Assembly (NCBI GenBank): GCA_964623485.1 | Contig: CAZUTC010000002.1 | Coordinates: 1 to 34,073, forward strand | DNA length: 34,073 nt | Direction: 5' to 3' | Source: an uncultured bacterium | Lineage (GTDB): Bacteria; Hydrothermota; Tepidihabitantia; B3-TA06; CAYQJV01 | Shown: in pieces, positions 7,433 to 14,790 of the stretch | Layout of the letters: every line of letters starts with the position of its first letter | Position numbering within the stretch: the stretch's first letter is position 1 | Translations under genes and position numbers: made by a program | The notes under the pieces: model-generated | What the model saw: only the letters and a program-made list of their open reading frames with translations | The model's database searches: none | Told to the model about the DNA's origin: nothing

Positions 7433-8359
7433 ATGTTTGTTTTTTTGTATTTATTATATCCTTCTTTCTATCCGATAGGATATTTCTCACATGTGACGGA
7501 TATAAAAATGTTAACCGAAAATGGGGAAAGAGCAATCATGTTTGTAGAAGCAGGAGATTGGAGTAATCCTGCAGACTCGCTTTATCTTTTTTATATTTAT
7601 GAAGATAACCATCCCTCTTCATATCTGATGCTGAAGAATCCGTTATATAAAAGGGGTTATTATGAACCTGAAATCTGGAAGTATTACGATGTAATGGATA
7701 TAAGCGATAATGAAGTGGGGTTCATTACTTCTGAGGAAGATGGACTGTATTTAAGGAGATATGATTTTTCAGGAAATGAATTGTATAGTAAAAGATTAGT
7801 TGAAGATGATATAGAAAACACAAAGATAAGAGGATTCAAGGCGGTCTGGTTTGAGGAAATTAATGAGTTCATGCTTATATGGTTTTCAGAAGATACTTTA
7901 AAATTGATGCTTTATAATAAGAATGGTGTTCCGAAATTTTCAAAGGTAATTTCTTTTTCTGGAATAGAGACTCAGGGAGTCCTGAGTGCAAATGCCTTGC
8001 TTCTGGATGATACTTTTTATATCTTCTGGCATCAAGCAGGATTTAACGCAGTATACTCTCAGAAGATGAATATGAATGGTAAGTTTCTTCTTTCTTCCCC
8101 AGTATGGGTGGTAAAAGGCTGGAATACAGGAGAATTTAGGCTCACAATGAATAAAGAAAAAAATATCATACTTATTTCAACTTATGAAAGAACTCAATGC
8201 ACCAATAGAAGTTTAGAGAGAATATGGGGTCCCGGGGGATTGAGAGAAGGGACCCTTATAGGTTTTACCAGAAATGAAGATGGAATTTATCTTCTCCGGA
8301 TGGAATACGAAAAGAATCTCATCCCCAAGGGGTGGATTATAGGGAAAGAGCTTATTTGA
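7433..8359 (+). CDS. Divergent repeat-family protein X, N-terminal part (likely 5' portion of a frameshifted L-type gene)
   Basis: AAGGAGG is at 7421-7427, followed by ATG 7433. The N-terminus is hydrophobic (MFVFLYLLYPSF). Degenerate family units are present (LYLRRYDFSGNELYSKRLV; AVYSQKMNMNGKFLL). It has no CTD of its own. It ends at TGA 8357-8359, inside a 28-nt overlap with the next ORF. Confidence 0.7.
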   Translation: MFVFLYLLYPSFYPIGYFSHVTDIKMLTENGERAIMFVEAGDWSNPADSLYLFYIYEDNHPSSYLMLKNPLYKRGYYEPEIWKYYDVMDISDNEVGFITSEEDGLYLRRYDFSGNELYSKRLVEDDIENTKIRGFKAVWFEEINEFMLIWFSEDTLKLMLYNKNGVPKFSKVISFSGIETQGVLSANALLLDDTFYIFWHQAGFNAVYSQKMNMNGKFLLSSPVWVVKGWNTGEFRLTMNKEKNIILISTYERTQCTNRSLERIWGPGGLREGTLIGFTRNEDGIYLLRMEYEKNLIPKGWIIGKELI

Positions 8360-8988
8360 TGAAAGCGGATATATCCAATGGAGAGGTTATGGATACTGTG
8401 GAGGTTTTTTATACTTCCCATGGATATAATTATCCATTGGGAGATTGGGGAGAGGAACTGAAGAACATTCACTGGCTTTTTAATTCGCAAAAGGACCTTT
8501 GCTTTTTTGTAACCATCTATGATTGGGAAGAGAAAGATTATACTCCCTATTACAAGATATATCTTACAGAGCAAGATTCCCTTCTTTATACTGGATTGGG
8601 GAAACCAGTATTTACTGAAAAACCAAAGAAAAATATAAGCATTTTAGCAATAGGAGAAGATGGTTCGGGAGGAGCAGACATGTTACTCCGCAGTGGAGAT
8701 TCTCTCTTTTATTCTCACATGAATAAAAATGAATTAGAAGGTATAAAAGAAGAAAGTAAATCTCTCTGTTGGGAATCCATTGAAGTATTAGGAGATAAGA
8801 TTATTGTAAGAGGCATTGGAGCTTACAGAGTAAAGATATACGATGCTTCGGGTAGGATGGTTTACGAAAATAGGTTAATGATAAGAAGAAGAAAAAAGAT
8901 AAATGTTGATTTTCCTCCAGGGATCTATTTTATTGTTGTGGAAGGTAAAGATAGAGTTTTCAAACACAAACTGTTAAATATAAAATAG
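8332..8988 (+). CDS. Repeat-family protein X, C-terminal part carrying the T9SS-type CTD
   Basis: This frame is open from 8278. The ORF-track start is a GTG with no RBS and no signal peptide. It begins inside a repeat unit (VDYRERAYLMKADISNGEV). The CTD lies at about 8770-8985 (YRVKIYDASGRMVYENRL...PGIYFIVVEGKDRVFKHKLLNIK). A CTD without an N-terminal signal peptide argues that it belongs with 7433-8359. Confidence 0.65.
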   Translation: MDYRERAYLMKADISNGEVMDTVEVFYTSHGYNYPLGDWGEELKNIHWLFNSQKDLCFFVTIYDWEEKDYTPYYKIYLTEQDSLLYTGLGKPVFTEKPKKNISILAIGEDGSGGADMLLRSGDSLFYSHMNKNELEGIKEESKSLCWESIEVLGDKIIVRGIGAYRVKIYDASGRMVYENRLMIRRRKKINVDFPPGIYFIVVEGKDRVFKHKLLNIK

Positions 8989-8997
8989 GAGGTTAAA

Positions 8998-11900
8998 ATG
9001 AAGACCATTAAAATCTTATTTTTATTGTGTCTTTTAATCGGTATTCCACTTATTGCTGATGGATCGGCTGGAAAGCTCCCGGAGATATTTCCAATGGGTT
9101 TCTGGGGGATAAAACCACCCAGTGGGAATACCGCACTTATATATTTCCGAAGTGGAGCAACTCTTGGACTTTATCACTGGGAATGCAATGACTTTGCACA
9201 GTTTGCAAAAGAAGATAAAGAGAAAAGAAAACTTTCAGTATATAGCTTAAAGTACTGGTCAGATAATAATTATGTGGGAGCATTTTATACTGCTCCAATC
9301 ACACTCAGTGATAAATATCCAGTACAGTATGACCCGGATAGTATAGAGTTCTGGAGTTGTCTTGCTGAAATAGTTGTGGATAGCTTTAAAACAGAAATCT
9401 CAGAAAACTCTCCCTTAGTGTATAATGTGAAGATAACGAATGCAGATCATCACATTGCAAGATGGAGCCCGTTATTTTGGGAAGGAATAAGAAAAATAAA
9501 TACACTCTTTCACTTGAGTTCTATAAAGACATTTTGTTATCCAGGAACTTTTGATACCAATTTTCTTAACAATAAAGAAGGTAAAGGGTTTGATGCTGCT
9601 ACAACCATAAACACTGGATGTTATTTTTACTGGTATGTTTCATTGAATGACCCTGATTATTCTTACCAAATACAACGAGCCCTTGGAAGTCTGGTAAATG
9701 AAGAGTGGAAGAAATATCAATATTATGAAAACCAAAAAAAGCCCACCCCGGTGAGTATTTTCTATCGCAATACTTCAAAAGGGAGAAAAGTCAATACAGA
9801 GTACTGGCCAGAGCTTGGGATCCAATGGAAAGAAAATGATTTAAGAACCATTACAGAACCGGAACTCAGGGTAATTACCTCTTTGGCGGTAACTTATGGA
9901 GTTAAAGGAATTACTTTTTATTCCTGGTGTTCTGGATGGGATGAACGTAATGGAATTGTGGATACAGAAGGTAAGCCTTATATGCCTCAGGACTCGGCGG
10001 ATGCAATTTTTGGAGAAAATGTAGTTACCGCAAACGAAAATAACTCTGTATGGCTGTATTTTTACCATGTTGCCAGTGAACTTGCAGATTATGGAAGAGC
10101 ATTTAGAGAATTAACATGGGATACCGCATTTTCCTATCCTCTATGGGATGATGGTGAAAATATAGCAACTATTCCACCTGAGAAATTGATTGAAGGGGTA
10201 GAAGGTTGGAAAAAAGGAAATCCAGATAAGCCTTTACAGTATGCAGAGATAGGGCTGTTTAAAGATAATCACCACAGAGATTATATAATGGTTGTTAATA
10301 GACATTGCCTACACGATGACACATTTTATATAACTTGCTATACTAAGGAAACTGAGCCACAACCTCCGGAGGCTCCTCATAAGTTCTTTGTTGATATGAA
10401 GAACTTTAAATACAAGGAGAAACAGTATTATAATGGTAAACCAGGATTCCGTAGTGAATACCAGCCAGGAGAGGGAAAACTCTGGGCAGTTGTAACAGAT
10501 GCAATCCCCCCTCCAAATAAACCATGGGGAGTATGGGCAATAATAATATTAGAACATAATGGCACAAAATATACCATATACACTCCCTGGGATAGACCGG
10601 ACTGGCTGGATGAAATAGATAAAAATGCAGAGGTTACTTATACCATTAAAATTGCTGTAAGAGGAGAACTATTCAGACACGGCCCAAGGGCAAAAGATGT
10701 GGACTCTGTGGTTGTGGAGTTGTGGGATATTGAAGGAGCAAATGCTAAACTTATAGATAATACATGGAAGAAAGAAAAAGTTTATGAAAATTATGTGCCT
10801 GAAAATGTAGAATGGGCTGATGATGAATGCTACCTCTTCACATACATCCCATCCCAAATCAATTCAAAGAAATTTGGACATTCCTATAATGCATATATAA
10901 AAGTAAAAGCATACAACTCATTTGGTAGATTGATAGATGAAAAAGTTTTCCCATTTACCCCCTGGTGGTTTGTCCCAGGAAATACAAAACACACATGTCA
11001 GAGAAACGATGTAGACCCTGATGGTAAATGGTATATCGCATATACTGAAGAAACAGAGGATACTCCCCGGGTGCATCTTTTCACCTTGGGAAACAATGAG
11101 ACCATCTCTTCTGGTAAGTTTCCAACACTTGCAGTAAAAGGAGATACCATAGGAGTTGCATTTCTATCAAAGAACTCTGATACAATATACTATACCTATA
11201 AGATAGACTCCACATGGTCATCTCCTTATCCTATTGTGAGTTCCTTGCCCCATTCACTCTCTGTTCCAAGAACAGGAGTGTATAAAGACACTGTTTATCT
11301 TTCCTACCAGAAGAGAACGGATTTAACATCTTTTTCTAAAATCCTTTCCGAACCAGGGGATAACACAGGGATATACCTTGAGCGCTTTCCCATTACAAAA
11401 CCTGAGGAAAGGGTTAGCCAAGAGGTTTCAACATGGTACGAGGATATCTCTGATATAGAGCCAAGAGGAGCAGGAATAGGGGTGGATGCCTTTGGGAATG
11501 TGTATATGGGATGGAGAGAGAATGATCTGTTAAGATTTGGAGTTATATATCCCTCCGGGGATAAAAGGATATACGGAGGAAACTCTCAACCATTTGATGA
11601 CCCTATAACCTGTATGCTTTCACCTGGTGGAGGAGGTTCTGGCTTTGTCCCTGGAATACTTTACACTTCCCAAGATAAGCTCATCCTTTCCCTGTTCCAT
11701 CCAGCAGACACAACTGAGATTTTAAGAGATACCCTTTATGAGGGAAATGAAATAAGAAGTGCAAAATCAGTGGGTGGAGGAGTTGTGTTTGATGAGGCAG
11801 GATGCATTAAGTTTCTTAAATGGGATGCAGTGAACAATGGTATATCCGAGGTCACCGAACTTACCCAGGCTCAAAAATCCTCTTATCCATCTATTGATGG

Positions 11901-12786
11901 AGTCTCTTATATCAAGGATAACACAATTCACAGGGATTATTATCTTATATGGACCGAGGATGTCACCGGAGCCTCTTTCTTGCCCGATTCATTGAAGGAG
12001 GATACCCTTTCTATGGTTGCAACCGAGATACTATCATATTCTGGGGATGGTCATGAGGGTTTGATGCCTTATGTGTATCTGAGGGGAGGTTTTGAACCAC
12101 CTTCAATATTTACCCTACACCGGGATAGTTTTGCAGTATACGGGGATGAGATATACGAAAAGGTGGATATAGGATACGACAGTCTGGTGTATGAGTTTCC
12201 TGGCTCAAGACAAAGGATAAGGATGTTTTTTGAGTTTTATACTCCAGATGAAACCTATGAGACATCCGAGGTAAATCTCAAAATAAATGGACTAAATCTT
12301 GCAAGTTTCACCATCCAACCCTCTGAGGTGGAAAGGTATGAGTTCTGGATTCCTGATAGTTTATCTCTGGATACTGTCAGGGTGTTTTTAAAGAGGCTTT
12401 CTGGAGATTATATACCCTTATCCAGAATGATAGTGGAGAGTTTTGAGATAAGGGATGATGGAGCGAGTTATAGGGGTTATTCTGGGATAAAAGAGGTTAG
12501 AGATTATTCTACATTCTCATTCTATTCCTTAACAAATGTTATATCCAAGGGAAATGCTCTGTTTTTCTATACATTGCCTTATGGCACACAGGTTAAGGTG
12601 AAGGTTTATGATGTCGGGGGTAGGTTGTTAAGGGTTCTGGAGGATGGATATCAGGAAAAGGGAAGGTATAAGATGGAGTGGGACTTAAGGGATGCCTCCC
12701 AGAGAAAAGCTCCAAAAGGTGTATACTTTGTAAGATTTGAAGCAGGAGGTTATAAAAGAACCGAGAAGATTTTAATTACCGAGTAG
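8998..12786 (+). CDS. Large (1262 aa) secreted multidomain protein with T9SS-type CTD; enzymatic or binding function unknown
   Basis: RBS TAGGAGG precedes ATG 8998. Signal peptide MKTIKILFLLCLLIGIPLIADG. The body is a long non-repetitive N-terminal region plus a propeller-like middle. The CTD lies at about 12520-12783 (VKVKVYDVGGRLLRVLEDG...KGVYFVRFEAGGYKRTEKILITE). Confidence 0.9.
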   Translation: MKTIKILFLLCLLIGIPLIADGSAGKLPEIFPMGFWGIKPPSGNTALIYFRSGATLGLYHWECNDFAQFAKEDKEKRKLSVYSLKYWSDNNYVGAFYTAPITLSDKYPVQYDPDSIEFWSCLAEIVVDSFKTEISENSPLVYNVKITNADHHIARWSPLFWEGIRKINTLFHLSSIKTFCYPGTFDTNFLNNKEGKGFDAATTINTGCYFYWYVSLNDPDYSYQIQRALGSLVNEEWKKYQYYENQKKPTPVSIFYRNTSKGRKVNTEYWPELGIQWKENDLRTITEPELRVITSLAVTYGVKGITFYSWCSGWDERNGIVDTEGKPYMPQDSADAIFGENVVTANENNSVWLYFYHVASELADYGRAFRELTWDTAFSYPLWDDGENIATIPPEKLIEGVEGWKKGNPDKPLQYAEIGLFKDNHHRDYIMVVNRHCLHDDTFYITCYTKETEPQPPEAPHKFFVDMKNFKYKEKQYYNGKPGFRSEYQPGEGKLWAVVTDAIPPPNKPWGVWAIIILEHNGTKYTIYTPWDRPDWLDEIDKNAEVTYTIKIAVRGELFRHGPRAKDVDSVVVELWDIEGANAKLIDNTWKKEKVYENYVPENVEWADDECYLFTYIPSQINSKKFGHSYNAYIKVKAYNSFGRLIDEKVFPFTPWWFVPGNTKHTCQRNDVDPDGKWYIAYTEETEDTPRVHLFTLGNNETISSGKFPTLAVKGDTIGVAFLSKNSDTIYYTYKIDSTWSSPYPIVSSLPHSLSVPRTGVYKDTVYLSYQKRTDLTSFSKILSEPGDNTGIYLERFPITKPEERVSQEVSTWYEDISDIEPRGAGIGVDAFGNVYMGWRENDLLRFGVIYPSGDKRIYGGNSQPFDDPITCMLSPGGGGSGFVPGILYTSQDKLILSLFHPADTTEILRDTLYEGNEIRSAKSVGGGVVFDEAGCIKFLKWDAVNNGISEVTELTQAQKSSYPSIDGVSYIKDNTIHRDYYLIWTEDVTGASFLPDSLKEDTLSMVATEILSYSGDGHEGLMPYVYLRGGFEPPSIFTLHRDSFAVYGDEIYEKVDIGYDSLVYEFPGSRQRIRMFFEFYTPDETYETSEVNLKINGLNLASFTIQPSEVERYEFWIPDSLSLDTVRVFLKRLSGDYIPLSRMIVESFEIRDDGASYRGYSGIKEVRDYSTFSFYSLTNVISKGNALFFYTLPYGTQVKVKVYDVGGRLLRVLEDGYQEKGRYKMEWDLRDASQRKAPKGVYFVRFEAGGYKRTEKILITE

Positions 12787-12787
12787 A

Positions 12788-13129
12788 TTATTTTATAATA
12801 AGGGTTACCTTTTCCTTCTCATCCCCTACAGAAACTTCACATACGGGTAGAGAGATTCTTTGAGAAATAAAAAGGGCTATTCTTTCTGCTGTTGGGTTGT
12901 CTTTAAAAAAATCTATTTTATTCAGGTCTTTTCTATGAAGGAGTGAAAGCACCTTTTTTAGTTCTTTTCTTACTTTTATAAAATCCCAGCTTATCCCCGT
13001 TTCGTCAATTTCTTCTCTTTTTATCTTTACTGTCACCATCCATTGATGCTCATGAGGTTTTTCGTACCCCGGATAGGAAACAAGGCGATGCTTAAACCTT
13101 AAGGGCTCTGTGACTGTTACTATAAACAC
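12788..13129 (-). CDS. 6-pyruvoyl-tetrahydropterin synthase / QueD-fold protein (divergent; catalytic Cys and Asp-His not evident)
   Basis: At 113 aa it aligns by eye to E. coli QueD. KHRL matches AAHRL, PHEHQW matches LHGHSF, ETGISWDF matches HTGWIIDF, and DNPTAERIA matches ENPTSEVLA. However, LHRKDLN replaces LDHHYLN, and there is no Cys four residues before the H-x-H. Confidence 0.55.
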   Translation of the reverse strand: MFIVTVTEPLRFKHRLVSYPGYEKPHEHQWMVTVKIKREEIDETGISWDFIKVRKELKKVLSLLHRKDLNKIDFFKDNPTAERIALFISQRISLPVCEVSVGDEKEKVTLIIK

Positions 13130-13629
13130 CTAAGTATTTCTTTAAATAGTTTTCTTATTTTATTAAAAAAATCAATGTGATCTCTATAATCAGGGTATGT
13201 CCAGGGGAGAGTTTGAAAGCTTCTGTTTTCAAATACAAGGGTCAGTTCTGCCCATACTCCATCTCCCAAATATATCCGATGGGGAGCATGTTTTGTGGAT
13301 AAGAGTACGAGACTTCCCAGATATAAAAGACCAGGATCAATATTCACCCTCCTTTTACCCTCCTTTGAAAATCTTTCCTCCAGTTTCCGGGTTACCATCT
13401 TTACCTGGGCAATGTTTTCAATCTCTCTTATTCCTTCATGAACCACCCATAACCTCTTTATACCTTTTCCCATCTCCTTCTCATAATATGATGAGTAGGT
13501 AAATGGTATAACCCTACTTTTTTCTATTATTCTTCCAAAATTTTTTTCAAGAATCTCCTCGGTTCTTTTTCTCATCTCCTCTTCTGTGAAAAGAAGTCCG
13601 TTTAAGAGGAGTGACTTTTTCTCATTCAC
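13120..13629 (-). CDS. DUF4416-like protein
   Basis: It is 169 aa and carries the motifs F-x-x-S-x-YY-x-x-EMG, RRVNIDPG-L, L-S-TKH-x-x-HRIYL and WTYPDY. I recall these from the DUF4416 family, recognised from memory only. Confidence 0.45.
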   Translation of the reverse strand: MNEKKSLLLNGLLFTEEEMRKRTEEILEKNFGRIIEKSRVIPFTYSSYYEKEMGKGIKRLWVVHEGIREIENIAQVKMVTRKLEERFSKEGKRRVNIDPGLLYLGSLVLLSTKHAPHRIYLGDGVWAELTLVFENRSFQTLPWTYPDYRDHIDFFNKIRKLFKEILRCL

Positions 13630-14122
13630 TCTTTCCCTTATCCTCTATTTTGGGAAGTTCATCTAAGGATGAAAGTCCGAAGTATTCCAAAAACCTCTGG
13701 GTGGTTATATAAAGGAAGGGGTGTCCTGGTCTTTTATCTCTCCCCTTTATCTTTATAAATCCTCTTTCTAAGAGTTCTTGTAGCACCCATCCAGAATCAA
13801 CTCCTCTCAGCCTATCTATCTCCGGCTTTGTCACTGGCTGATTGTATGCAACTATTGCAAGAGTTTCAAGCATTGTTTTTGTGAGGAGGTTTTTTCTCCC
13901 CTTATGGTCAAACTCTCTCACCCACTTCCCATACTCTGGTCTTGTAACCATTTGGAATCCGTTTCCCACCCTCCTTATCATAAATGCATTTCCCTTCTCT
14001 TCATACTCTTTGTTTAAAGATTCTATAACTGTAACAAGATTAGAAAAAGAAAGTCCGGTAATTTTTTTTAATTTGTGTAAAGAGACTGGAGGGGCGGAGG
14101 AGAAGAGAACCGCTTCCACCAC
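13622..14122 (-). CDS. scpB: Segregation and condensation protein B
   Basis: VEAVLFSS..PVSL..L, FQMVTRPEY, LETLAIVAYNQPVTKPEIDRLRGVD, LLERGFIKIKGRDKRPGHPFLYITTQRFLEYFGL. Confidence 0.9.
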   Translation of the reverse strand: MVEAVLFSSAPPVSLHKLKKITGLSFSNLVTVIESLNKEYEEKGNAFMIRRVGNGFQMVTRPEYGKWVREFDHKGRKNLLTKTMLETLAIVAYNQPVTKPEIDRLRGVDSGWVLQELLERGFIKIKGRDKRPGHPFLYITTQRFLEYFGLSSLDELPKIEDKGKSE

Positions 14123-14133
14123 CCTTTTTATCT

Positions 14134-14790
14134 CTATCTCCCCTCCTCTATTCTTTTTATGATTATCTTACCCTGTTTCCCATCTGTAAACTTAACAAGA
14201 TAATGAGGGTAATCCTTTGCATACCAGAAATCAAAATCAAGCGGTCTGCCTATGAGTCTGCTTATCAGTCCTCCCAGTCCGAGGATTCTAAGGCGAAGCC
14301 TGTGGGAGGCAATTTTACCAAGGGGAGTAGAAACAGTATCAATTCCTACATACTCTACCGATGCTTTCACGGTCTTATACTCTGGAACATAAAGAGGAAT
14401 CTCCATCTTTTCAGGATTTTCAAAGTCATAAAACCTAAGGACCTCAAACAGTGTATGCCTATCAAACACCCGGGGATTAGAGACCTCTTTTTTTCTCCCT
14501 TCCAAATTCACCTTTATCTTTCCCTTCTCTCTTTTCTCTTTTAGGACAAGCCTTCCCTTTTTATGCTTCTCCACATAAGAGGTATAAAGTGAGTCTTGAT
14601 ATACCTTTACAACAAGAAAGAGATTGCTCTCATCCAGATGTGCCTGGGTGGCACACACAAGACCGTCTTCAAACCATACGCTCCTTAAAATATCCCTTTC
14701 TGTTTTCTTTTCATATCCTCGGTACCTTATGGTTTCCTTTCCTTCTATATTAAACATCTTAAAACCCAAAAAAATTAAAAGTATCATCAT
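14134..14790 (-). CDS. Hypothetical protein with N-terminal hydrophobic anchor or signal
   Basis: The 218-aa ORF has an ATGATG start overlapping the alaS stop by 4 nt. N-terminus MMILLIFLGF. I recognise no motif. Confidence 0.6.
   Translation of the reverse strand: MMILLIFLGFKMFNIEGKETIRYRGYEKKTERDILRSVWFEDGLVCATQAHLDESNLFLVVKVYQDSLYTSYVEKHKKGRLVLKEKREKGKIKVNLEGRKKEVSNPRVFDRHTLFEVLRFYDFENPEKMEIPLYVPEYKTVKASVEYVGIDTVSTPLGKIASHRLRLRILGLGGLISRLIGRPLDFDFWYAKDYPHYLVKFTDGKQGKIIIKRIEEGR

Noticed and set aside
1140-7535. Many 60-120-aa ORFs lie antisense or in alternative frames within the S/L array (for example 1140-1415, 1807-2154, 2216-2578, 3862-4158, 4533-4886 and 6295-6579 on the minus strand). 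Some share peptide motifs with each other (..HHPTP.IRGEGKPGV.., ..SFFSYHHHTSSIPIRADGGRE..).
   Set aside because: They lie entirely inside long ORFs that have signal peptides, RBSs, repeats and CTDs. The shared motifs are simply the reverse or alternate-frame translation of the conserved nucleotide islands (2266-2314/4652-4700 and 3929-4035/6320-6426). They have no RBS and a low-complexity composition.
1-12786. The paralogue array could be a mobile or genomic island.
   Set aside because: It has no integrase, transposase, tRNA or flanking direct or inverted repeats. RBS style and codon flavour look the same as in the housekeeping block. The repeats are explained by tandem duplication.
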